Origin: a virus
Taxonomy: Duplodnaviria > Caudoviricetes
Virus record (IMG/VR): IMGVR_UViG_3300031555_010858
Location: 32,001 to 96,000 of that record
Length of the DNA stretch: 64,000 bases
Direction: 5' to 3' (one strand)
Positions 55,616 through 64,000 of this stretch are shown piece by piece. The translations under genes and the position numbers were made by a program. The stretch's first letter is position 1, and each line of letters starts with the position of its first letter. The notes below the pieces were generated by a model. The model was not told the DNA's origin. It saw only the letters and a program-made list of their open reading frames with translations, and did no database searches.

Positions 55616-56179
55616 ATGAATAATTCTATTTATGTTGTAACTGATGGCAGTTCTATAAGTGCTAATAATTCTAAAGGATTTGATGCAGCTGCTGCATATG
55701 TTATATATGTAAATGGTAAAATAGTTCATAAAGAATCTATCTTGTTAAGAAACCATACGAATAATTATGCTGAAATGTACGCTATATATAAAGGAACTAA
55801 ATATGTATTAGAAAACATGGTTGAGATACATGATTGCAATAATGTCGTAATTATAACTGATTCACAATTATGCGAAAAATCGTTAAATGAATGGATGAAA
55901 GGTTGGTTAAAGAAAGCAACTGACGAAACTCTTATGAGTACAACAGGAGAAGTAAAGAACCAAGAATTAATTAAATCTGCATATATAAATATATTATCAT
56001 TACAATTGTTTATTCCAGTTTATATATGCCATATTAATTCACATAATAACGAAAGTAAAATACTTCATATGCATAAGAAATTCATAGACAAATATTTTGA
56101 TATAGATTTAGAAACATTTAAAATGATATTCGAAGGTAATCAAATAGTTGATAAAATGGCTTATGAAAAATTAAATTAG
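55616..56179 (+). CDS. rnhA: Ribonuclease HI
   Basis: VTDGS, TNNYAE, TDSQ, W..GW, VKNQEL, SH and GN..VDKMA motifs; RBS favours ATG 55616. Confidence 0.88.
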   Translation: MNNSIYVVTDGSSISANNSKGFDAAAAYVIYVNGKIVHKESILLRNHTNNYAEMYAIYKGTKYVLENMVEIHDCNNVVIITDSQLCEKSLNEWMKGWLKKATDETLMSTTGEVKNQELIKSAYINILSLQLFIPVYICHINSHNNESKILHMHKKFIDKYFDIDLETFKMIFEGNQIVDKMAYEKLN

Positions 56180-56183
56180 ATAT

Positions 56184-56195
56184 AACAAAAATATA
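56184..56195 (+). promoter_or_regulatory. Late promoter AACA-AAAATA-TA
   Basis: Consensus match upstream of the HNH and deaminase genes. Confidence 0.55.
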
Positions 56196-56220
56196 TGAAT
56201 AAAAAATAGGAGGTAGATTT

Positions 56221-56970
56221 ATGAGAAAATCAGTAGATCATTTAGGAGAAGAGTCTTTTAATAAGAAGGGAACTGTCATGAAAATAATAGAATATATTAA
56301 TAATAGAAAAGTGTTAGTTGAATTTCAAGATGAATACAAATATCAAACTTATACAAATTATCAAGCATTTATAAAAGGAGAAGTTAAAAATGTTTATGAC
56401 AAATCTGTATATGGAGTAGGGTATATAGGTGAAGGACAGTATTCACATAAAACCCATCCTCATAGTTATAATGTATGGAAACATATGATAGCTCGTTGTT
56501 ATGATAAAGTAACTGCAACATCAAATCCTTCATATATCAATTGTTATGTATCTGATGATTGGCTTTGTTTTCAAAATTTCGCAAGTTGGTTCGATGAAAA
56601 TTATTATGAAATACCAGGCGAAATTATGCATTTGGATAAAGATATTTTAATTAAAGGTAATTTACAATATTCATCTGAAACGTGTACATTCGTACCACAA
56701 AGGATAAATAGTTTATTTACAAAAAATGATATGCGTCGAGGTAATTTACCTATCGGTTGTTATTATCATGGTAAAAGTATATATGTATCATGTAATACAC
56801 TCGATGGTAGAGTCCAATTAGGTAGATATGATACGACAATAAAAGCTTTTGAGGCTTATAAAATGTTTAAAGAAAAATATATTCAAAAAGTTGCAGATGA
56901 ATATAGAGATATTATACCAAACAATCTTTATGAGGCTATGTATAATTATAAAGTTGAAATTAATGATTAG
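56221..56970 (+). CDS. Free-standing HNH-type homing endonuclease
   Basis: W..M..RCY, W..FQNF..W, LDKDIL..GN..YS..TC.FVP..IN; AP2-like C-terminal tail. Confidence 0.8.
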   Translation: MRKSVDHLGEESFNKKGTVMKIIEYINNRKVLVEFQDEYKYQTYTNYQAFIKGEVKNVYDKSVYGVGYIGEGQYSHKTHPHSYNVWKHMIARCYDKVTATSNPSYINCYVSDDWLCFQNFASWFDENYYEIPGEIMHLDKDILIKGNLQYSSETCTFVPQRINSLFTKNDMRRGNLPIGCYYHGKSIYVSCNTLDGRVQLGRYDTTIKAFEAYKMFKEKYIQKVADEYRDIIPNNLYEAMYNYKVEIND

Positions 56971-56983
56971 GAGGTAATAAAAT

Positions 56984-58195
56984 ATGAATAGAAGAATTAA
57001 TGTTAACGATTATTATATGAACATTTGTGTTCAAGTTAGTTTAAGAAGTACATGTATGAGAAGAAAAGTTGGTGCAGTTATAGTTAAAGATAATAGAATT
57101 TTATCAACAGGATATAATGGAGCTCCTAGTGGGCTTCCTAATTGTATAGATAATTGTAATAGATGTTATAGAAGTGCACATAACATACCATCAGGACAAA
57201 TGCTTGATATGTGTTATGCTGTACACGCTGAACAGAATGCAATAATGAACGCATTAAAAACGGGAGAGGATTTAAGAGGAGCTGTTCTATATGTAAACAC
57301 GTATCCTTGTGTTACATGTTTTAAATTAACAGTTCAATCAGGAATTAAAGAAATATATTATATTGACGAATATGAAAACGAGTTTACAAAACAAATGGCT
57401 AAAGAAGCAGGTGTTAAATTAGTTAAATTAGACGGTTCTATATACAGAACTCCAGTAGGTTCGAGTGCTATATCAGATGATGATATGGATGCTATAGATC
57501 CGTTAGTAGCACAAATTTATAAATACACACCTGGAACAGAACAGTTTAAAATAAACAGAGATTTAGTATTTAGACAAAATGGATTATATGAAAGATATGA
57601 TGAAATGATATATTATACAGATTTCAAATTACCTTGTGAAATTCTTCCAGTAACAGATAAATTATACACACGAATAAACTTATTTAAAGCTAATAGAAAT
57701 ACGCTAGAATATAATGGAGATGATGTAAAACAGTTAGTAATCGGAGCTGTTGTATATGATGTTCATAAAAATGAATTAATAGTTTTAAAATGTAAGGGAG
57801 AGAGATTCAAAGGTAAATTTACAATGATCCAAGGACATATGGCTGTAGATAAAAGAGATACATCTAGATCAAGATTAAAAACGATAATGAATAGAAATTT
57901 AAAGAAAGAAGTAACTGAAGAGTTAACATTAAAAGTTGAAGATATAATAGAAATAGAACCTATGTATTTAATTCAATCTAACGATAATAAAGTTAGTTCT
58001 GAACATATGGGTGTTATATCTTTAATAAAAATAGATACAAGTATGTTAGAATATAAAATAGAAAGTGGTGAACCTGAAAAACACGATATTGCTCATTTAA
58101 CAAAATATGATTTAGGAAATATGGAATTAATGGGTAGATATGATACATGGTTAAAGAAAGTTATAATAAAAATGAAAGAAGATGGTAAAATGTAA
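56984..58195 (+). CDS. dCMP deaminase fused to a NUDIX-like hydrolase
   Basis: RSTC..R.VGA, TGYNG, HAEQNA, PC..C; C-terminal KQ..GH..KEVTEEL..H.G (YmaB-like NUDIX). Confidence 0.85.
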   Translation: MNRRINVNDYYMNICVQVSLRSTCMRRKVGAVIVKDNRILSTGYNGAPSGLPNCIDNCNRCYRSAHNIPSGQMLDMCYAVHAEQNAIMNALKTGEDLRGAVLYVNTYPCVTCFKLTVQSGIKEIYYIDEYENEFTKQMAKEAGVKLVKLDGSIYRTPVGSSAISDDDMDAIDPLVAQIYKYTPGTEQFKINRDLVFRQNGLYERYDEMIYYTDFKLPCEILPVTDKLYTRINLFKANRNTLEYNGDDVKQLVIGAVVYDVHKNELIVLKCKGERFKGKFTMIQGHMAVDKRDTSRSRLKTIMNRNLKKEVTEELTLKVEDIIEIEPMYLIQSNDNKVSSEHMGVISLIKIDTSMLEYKIESGEPEKHDIAHLTKYDLGNMELMGRYDTWLKKVIIKMKEDGKM

Positions 58196-58203
58196 AACTT
58201 AAT

Positions 58204-58244
58204 AAATATGAAGAGGATTGTATGATCCTTTTCATATTTTTTTT
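58204..58244 (+). terminator. Intrinsic terminator
   Basis: AAATATGAAGAGGAT-tgtatg-ATCCTTTTCATATTT followed by a T run. Confidence 0.8.
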
Positions 58245-58251
58245 ACCCTGC

Positions 58252-58290
58252 TGTAAAAAGGTATAATTTCAATTATATATTATAAAAGTG
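58252..58290 (+). promoter_or_regulatory. Early promoter
   Basis: TGTAAAAAGGTATAATTTCAATTATATATTATAAAAGTG. Confidence 0.8.
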
Positions 58291-58323
58291 ATTAATAAAA
58301 TAAAAATAAATAGGAGGTAACTT

Positions 58324-60240
58324 ATGGCTAAGAAAATTGATGAAAGTAAATCAGTAAATTATATTGTAGAAAGAGTAAGAACACCAATGAGTAGAGAAAA
58401 GTTAAATGAGATATATAATGAATTCAAATCTGATGATGATTATCTTAACTATCATATGGATATAATAGAAGATACACATCCGAAGTTTAAAGTAACAATA
58501 ATAAACGATGAGAGAAAATGTCCAATAAAGAATTCAGAAGAAGATAATTCATATGGATTTATGGAAACAGATGTAGCAATGGATTTTATAGAAGAATGTA
58601 TCAATAGTAATAGAGTTAGTAGTAAACCTAAAGCTGTTATGCAAAACGGTTTTAGTAAGAAAGCAGTTGATAGATATAATGAAATAGTTTCTAAAGAGGA
58701 AGAAGAATCTGAGGCGATAGCACAGTTCACGAAACCAACATTTGATGAAGTAATGAATAATATATATGTTAATACGTATAATGGTTCAACATATAAAATG
58801 AATGAAGCTGATATTCCAGATGATCTTAGAGAAGATGTTGGTGTAATAATTCCAGGATTAATAGAAACTAAAGAAGAATATTTTGAGTTTGTTAAAAGAT
58901 TAAAAGATAAAGGTAAAGGAGGTTTAGGGAGATCTATATATGAACGTTATGAAGATTATGAAGAAGCAAAGGATTTAATAGAAACTTATAAACAAGCATT
59001 ATTCGATAAGTATGGAAGTAAAGAAGATTATTTCTATGCAAAAGAATTGGGTGGTATATTTGGAGCTTATGAATATTATCCAACAGTTAAACCTAGATTC
59101 AAGAAAAATGCTAGAAATATAAAATTAGATAAAGGTATAAATCTAAATGCATTAGCATTGGTTAAAGATATGGGTAAACGTATAAGAGAAGAATTTGAAG
59201 ATGAAATAGAAGAAATAGAAGTAGATGGATTAGATTATAAAATATATGATAACACACCACCTAAGTTTAAAGACCTACCTGAAGATCTTAAAATGTTATA
59301 TAAAACAGATCAATATAACATTAATGGATTTACACAAATCAACAATTTCAAATCTATAAAAGCTTACGCAGAAGAATTAATCAGATCAGGAGACCCAGAT
59401 AAACAACTTGAAGGTTATTTAATACAAGAAAGTTTAGATAGTGATAAGATGTTATCAACACAACATTATTATGAATCAGATTTCTATAATGTAAGTGATC
59501 TTGATGATTTATCATTAAATGCAGTAGTAGGACAACTTGAATATGATAAATTGATGTATGAAAATGATTACGATAGAACAATAGCAGAAGCAAAATTAAT
59601 TAATAATGAATATACAAAAGAAGGTTATAAAAAGTTCTTAGAAGAACAATTGATCGCAATAAACGGATATGATTTAAGTAATACCGTGGATAAAACAAAA
59701 GTTACAGAATTAACTAAATATGCAGTAGAATATACATTCAGTAAAGAATATCAAGAAGATCAAAAACGTAAATCTAATATGAGTCAAGTTGCAAGTTCAG
59801 TATATGAAACAAAAGGTTCAGCAACATTTGGAGAATCAGTTAAAGCAGAAGTTAGAAGTGGTGAAAGTAACGTTTCAGCTTATGTTAGAAAATTAGGACA
59901 AAGAGCTAAAGGTAAATTAACAGAGTTGACAAAAGACGCAGATAATGTTAATAAATCAACAATGACAAGAGATGAAGCAACTGGATATAATGAAATAGAT
60001 ACAAGAGTGCATGGATTCTATTTAGAACCAAAACCATCACAATTATTAAACTATATGAAAAATAATGATGAGTTAGCTAATAAAGTATACGAATTAACAT
60101 CTGAGAAAGACGGTAATAATATGTTTAGTGAAAGAACTAATATAGATGATTTCGTAGATGCAGCATTAGATGAAAGTAAACCAATGTTTGATGCAACATT
60201 ATTAGAAAAATCAATGAAAAATGAAAGAAAGGATGTGTAA
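58324..60240 (+). CDS. Hypothetical acidic early protein
   Basis: 638 aa; AGGAGG RBS; no motif recognised. Confidence 0.8.
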   Translation: MAKKIDESKSVNYIVERVRTPMSREKLNEIYNEFKSDDDYLNYHMDIIEDTHPKFKVTIINDERKCPIKNSEEDNSYGFMETDVAMDFIEECINSNRVSSKPKAVMQNGFSKKAVDRYNEIVSKEEEESEAIAQFTKPTFDEVMNNIYVNTYNGSTYKMNEADIPDDLREDVGVIIPGLIETKEEYFEFVKRLKDKGKGGLGRSIYERYEDYEEAKDLIETYKQALFDKYGSKEDYFYAKELGGIFGAYEYYPTVKPRFKKNARNIKLDKGINLNALALVKDMGKRIREEFEDEIEEIEVDGLDYKIYDNTPPKFKDLPEDLKMLYKTDQYNINGFTQINNFKSIKAYAEELIRSGDPDKQLEGYLIQESLDSDKMLSTQHYYESDFYNVSDLDDLSLNAVVGQLEYDKLMYENDYDRTIAEAKLINNEYTKEGYKKFLEEQLIAINGYDLSNTVDKTKVTELTKYAVEYTFSKEYQEDQKRKSNMSQVASSVYETKGSATFGESVKAEVRSGESNVSAYVRKLGQRAKGKLTELTKDADNVNKSTMTRDEATGYNEIDTRVHGFYLEPKPSQLLNYMKNNDELANKVYELTSEKDGNNMFSERTNIDDFVDAALDESKPMFDATLLEKSMKNERKDV

Positions 60241-60245
60241 TTTAT

Positions 60246-63161
60246 ATGAAAACAAAATTAGTAAAAGTTGATGAGGTTAAAATTCAAAGTTTAATTAAGA
60301 AAAATTTCTCAGAGGAATTTATGAGAAAAATTTATGATGTTTATTCAAATGATTGTATAAGTATAGTAGAAAAGACAATCATATTTGATGAATTATTTAC
60401 AAAAGAGTTTGGTCACAGAAAAGATTATAGAAGAATTGGTGAGGGGACAAACAGATTCGTTTGTCTTCTTGACAATCATATTATAAAAGTAGCATATAAT
60501 TATCTAGCTTATATAGATAATATGAACGAATTGGCACAAGCTAAATATAAAAGTAAATATTTAGCACAAGCATATGAAACAAATGGTATTATCTTAGTAA
60601 GTGAATATGTTACAGTTATGGATCAGGAAGATTTCATTGATTATAACTCAACGCTTAAGAAGATATTAGACACATTATCAATAGAACTAGGTGATAATAA
60701 TAACATAGTTAAGAATTATATCTTAGGTGATATGGGTACAAGTAATAAGAATTATGGTAACTGGGGAAGAAGAATGAATGGTGATATAGTTGTATTAGAT
60801 TATGGATATCTTTATGAATTAACTAATGAAGCTTGGAAGAAAATTGCTAGATGTCCTGTATGTGGAAGTTCATTAGAATATGAATCAGGATATTCACAAT
60901 TGGTATGTACAAAAACAGATTGTCATACAGAAGTTAAGTATACAACATTAAGAAATGCATTTGGTTATGCAAATATAATAGATAACATAGTTGATAATCT
61001 TCATGATGATAGATATATTAAGTTTGATGCTAACGGTGAAATAATGGTAGATGTAATAGACAAAATAGTTATAGAAGAAGCACCTAAAGAAGAATTTAAA
61101 ATGCCAGAAGATATAAAAGAAAGAATTGATAGAACTATGGATCAATTTAATATGCTAACAGATTTAGTTAAAAGTCCTTATGGTATAACTTTAGATAATT
61201 ATTATGATCTTAAAGAAGAAATTATATCTAGAAAAGAAGAATATGATGAGGTGTTATATCCATTCTTATTAGTAGCATTAGAGTTAACAATGCAAAATGT
61301 AGATGCTTATATAAAAGATTTTGAAAAGTTTTCTAAAGCTAGATATGATAAGTTATTTAATGAATTAAAGAAAGAATTTGATAAAGAACAAGAAGCTGAA
61401 GAGGAATTAGAAGATCTTCCAGATAGTTATGAAGATGAAGAATATATAGTTAAAGGTTATGAATCAGAATTAAAGATAATAGATAGAGTAGCTGAAGATG
61501 AAAATAATAAAGTTATATCAACATCTTTAGATGATTTCTTTACAGCAGATTTCCAAAACAGCTTTGGAACTACATTTGATGCAGAAAGTGATTTTATGAA
61601 TCAAGTTGAAAGTATGGGTGATGAACTTTCAATGGATGATTTAGTAAAATTATTTGAAATTAATGAAAGAATGGAAGCTGAAGAAAAAATAAAAGCTAAA
61701 GAAGAACAAGAGAAACAAGAAAAATTAGATAAAGATTATAAAGTTTATAGTGCAGAAAAAGATTTACGCCAAGCTTACGATGATTTAGAAGATGCATTAA
61801 CAACTGTAATAAAATTAAGATATAAAGAAGCTGGATGTTTAGAAGAAGATGAATCTGATTATACAACAGGAGATATTTATACAACTTATCTAAATGGTGA
61901 GTTTATAGATTTAGATTATAGTCCAAGAGTAAATGCTAAGAATATTTTAGGAGGATGGAAACCAAACGATTTCGCATTCCCATTATACAGACATATGTTA
62001 ATCAAATTTGATTATGACATGGATAAGATAGAATCAGAATTCCAAGCAGTTTATAGAATAGACGAAGAAGTTGAAGTTCCAGAAGATTTATATGATGTTA
62101 TAACAAACAGAAATATGGTAGTTGGACAAATTATGAATAGATTTGAAGATAGTATGAAACCACCTAGACATAATTTAATAATGAACATTGGAGGAGAATT
62201 AAAGAAATATTATGAAATGTTAGACAAGTATTATGAAGTAGTTCAACCATCTAAAAATAGTGTAGATATAAACCATCCTGATTATTATTTAAATATAGCT
62301 GAAGATAGTGATCAAATGGTTAAAATGTTAAGAGAAGCTAAAATGGAATTAAGAGATGAATTATTAAATGAGGGATATAGATTAGAAGGTTTATTGGATG
62401 ATCATAAGATAGTATATTATTATGATATGGAAGCTGTAATGTCTCCAACAGAACTTAATATATTAGATATAATAACTAATACAGATTTCACAAATATAAC
62501 AAATGTAAAAGAACATATATTAAACGAATATTATCTTCAATATAGAAATGTATTACCTGATAGTGTATTCGACGTATTTAAATATGGTGGAAGTTTAGCT
62601 AAAGAAGTTGGTTGTGTAACTCATCCTAGAATAGTAAGACCAAGAATAAAAGCTAAGTTAGTTGATATAGATTCTAATGAAGATACATTTAAACCAGAAA
62701 TGTTCAATAAGAAAGAATATGTGTTAATAAACATAGAGTTAAGATACGATGCAATATTTGATACAGAAATACCTGATGAAATAACTAAGAAAAGTGAACT
62801 TAAACGTAATTTACAAAGAAGAAACTTAAATTTCACAGAAAAAGTCATGAAGGATTATGCAATTAAAAGAAGTAACGATATAATGAGATATGCATTGACA
62901 GAAAAGGAAATAGAAATTATAAACGAATATGAAGATATGTTATCTATAGCAACAATTAAAGATGTGGATAAGTTAGTTAAGAAGGCGATAGTTGATATGT
63001 TAAATGAAAAACATAACATGTGTGGTGAAACTAAAATCTTAATGAATGATTTAGCAGAAACAAATTTAACAGATGCTTATGCTAATAGAGTAATGAAGAT
63101 AAATATATTAGAGTTAAGTGGAGCAACTACAAGATTAGATTTCCTTACACATGTAGAATAA
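60246..63161 (+). CDS. Early protein with N-terminal protein-kinase-like domain and Zn ribbon
   Basis: IGEGTNR, IIKVA, DN.NE, GD....NWG, VLDYG; CPVCG..C....C; long acidic C-terminal region. Confidence 0.65.
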   Translation: MKTKLVKVDEVKIQSLIKKNFSEEFMRKIYDVYSNDCISIVEKTIIFDELFTKEFGHRKDYRRIGEGTNRFVCLLDNHIIKVAYNYLAYIDNMNELAQAKYKSKYLAQAYETNGIILVSEYVTVMDQEDFIDYNSTLKKILDTLSIELGDNNNIVKNYILGDMGTSNKNYGNWGRRMNGDIVVLDYGYLYELTNEAWKKIARCPVCGSSLEYESGYSQLVCTKTDCHTEVKYTTLRNAFGYANIIDNIVDNLHDDRYIKFDANGEIMVDVIDKIVIEEAPKEEFKMPEDIKERIDRTMDQFNMLTDLVKSPYGITLDNYYDLKEEIISRKEEYDEVLYPFLLVALELTMQNVDAYIKDFEKFSKARYDKLFNELKKEFDKEQEAEEELEDLPDSYEDEEYIVKGYESELKIIDRVAEDENNKVISTSLDDFFTADFQNSFGTTFDAESDFMNQVESMGDELSMDDLVKLFEINERMEAEEKIKAKEEQEKQEKLDKDYKVYSAEKDLRQAYDDLEDALTTVIKLRYKEAGCLEEDESDYTTGDIYTTYLNGEFIDLDYSPRVNAKNILGGWKPNDFAFPLYRHMLIKFDYDMDKIESEFQAVYRIDEEVEVPEDLYDVITNRNMVVGQIMNRFEDSMKPPRHNLIMNIGGELKKYYEMLDKYYEVVQPSKNSVDINHPDYYLNIAEDSDQMVKMLREAKMELRDELLNEGYRLEGLLDDHKIVYYYDMEAVMSPTELNILDIITNTDFTNITNVKEHILNEYYLQYRNVLPDSVFDVFKYGGSLAKEVGCVTHPRIVRPRIKAKLVDIDSNEDTFKPEMFNKKEYVLINIELRYDAIFDTEIPDEITKKSELKRNLQRRNLNFTEKVMKDYAIKRSNDIMRYALTEKEIEIINEYEDMLSIATIKDVDKLVKKAIVDMLNEKHNMCGETKILMNDLAETNLTDAYANRVMKINILELSGATTRLDFLTHVE

Positions 63162-63176
63162 TATCTACATGTGTAA
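63145..63176 (+). terminator. Hairpin at the end of the kinase-like gene, overlapping the next early promoter
   Basis: TTACACATGTAGA-ataata-TCTACATGTGTAA; no U tail. Confidence 0.5.
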
Positions 63177-63210
63177 TAGGTAAATATTTTAATTATATAT
63201 AATAAAAGTG
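63172..63210 (+). promoter_or_regulatory. Early promoter
   Basis: TGTAATAGGTAAATATTTTAATTATATATAATAAAAGTG. Confidence 0.7.
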
Positions 63211-63234
63211 AATATAATATTAGGAGGTAACTGT

Positions 63235-64000
63235 ATGAGTACATGTATAGCTATATTTGAAAATGAATTAGAAAGAGTTGTAGAGGAATTAGATAATACA
63301 AAATTTAAATATAAGTTCTTATTCGATTCAGATGAAAAATATAAAACTATAGAGAGATATAATTTAGATGTGTTACAAGACGCATTATTATTTTCAGGAT
63401 TAGGTAATAAGATAAATTCTAATAGATATAAAAAACCAGGTCCAGAAATGGAAAAAGCTTGGAGTGAATTTGTACATGACGTATTCAGTGAAGGTAGACA
63501 AATAGCTATAGTTAATGATTTTATAGATTATCCCGATTTAGTTATAGTATTTCCAACAATATTCCAAGATACAACACAGAGAGTTAATACAGTAACATTA
63601 ACCGATGATATATTAGATTATATAGTCAAAACATTTATAAAACAATTCTCACAAGAAGAAGGGATGACGATAATAAGATGGGATGAATATGGTTTAAATA
63701 TTAACGAATTAGAACCAGAATTTAATAGAAAAATGTTTATATCAAAACAAAGACAGATAAAAGCGAATGCAAGAGCAGAACATAAGATTGAAGCATTAAG
63801 AGTATTTAGAGAAGCATTTAAGTTTAGAATGATAACTTATTATACAAAACTAAGAGAATTTGGAATGGATGATATAATGAGAAAGTTAGATGAATTAGGA
63901 TTCTTAGATGAAAGATTTGATTCAGAAGTTTATATATATGAAGAAGAAGCAAGACGATTATTAGCAAAAAGATTATGTGCAATGTCATATAAAGCAGATA
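63235..64000 (+). CDS. Hypothetical early protein (partial, runs off the right edge)
   Basis: AGGAGG RBS; MSTCIAIFENELERVVEELDN... stays open to the window end; missing from the ORF track. Confidence 0.75.
   Translation, partial: MSTCIAIFENELERVVEELDNTKFKYKFLFDSDEKYKTIERYNLDVLQDALLFSGLGNKINSNRYKKPGPEMEKAWSEFVHDVFSEGRQIAIVNDFIDYPDLVIVFPTIFQDTTQRVNTVTLTDDILDYIVKTFIKQFSQEEGMTIIRWDEYGLNINELEPEFNRKMFISKQRQIKANARAEHKIEALRVFREAFKFRMITYYTKLREFGMDDIMRKLDELGFLDERFDSEVYIYEEEARRLLAKRLCAMSYKAD

Noticed and set aside
55163-56179. Retron-like ncRNA plus RNase H module
   Set aside because: No reverse transcriptase in the window, and the ncRNA and RNase H use different promoter classes with a terminator between them.
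1-64000. CRISPR arrays, tRNA/rRNA genes, IS elements, alternative genetic code
   Set aside because: No spaced direct repeats, cloverleaf motifs or transposases seen by eye; long ORFs are intact under the standard code.

Overview
Very AT-rich, gene-dense segment of a jumbo bacteriophage of the AR9/PBS1-phiKZ-related group. The RNase R, GH73-SH3 endolysin and NrdJ point to a Firmicute, probably clostridial, host. The left third is a virion morphogenesis block: baseplate-like proteins, a head protein, RusA and a 4440-aa tape-measure protein with six predicted enzyme domains. The middle holds a class II ribonucleotide reductase split by a group I intron with an HNH gene, two divergently transcribed phage RNA polymerase subunits (beta-like and beta-prime C-terminal-like), an SF2 helicase, RNase R and an endolysin. 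The right part has a 2525-aa LamG/CotH-kinase/LRR protein, RNase H, an HNH endonuclease, a dCMP deaminase-NUDIX fusion and a kinase-like early protein. Two phage promoter classes can be read from the DNA: a ~39-bp early motif (7 copies) and an AR9-like late motif AACAA-N5-TA (17 copies plus 2 TACAA variants). Four late-type promoters drive structured RNAs with no credible ORF. One of them (35734-35844, minus strand) carries an exposed anti-Shine-Dalgarno seed. The seed is complementary to the leader of the neighbouring RNAP subunit and to the GGAGGTA ribosome-binding sites of non-structural genes, but poorly to the AAAGGAG(A/T) sites of structural genes. This suggests an undescribed sRNA-based translational switch from early to late genes. 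All family calls come from motif recognition by eye; no database searches were run.
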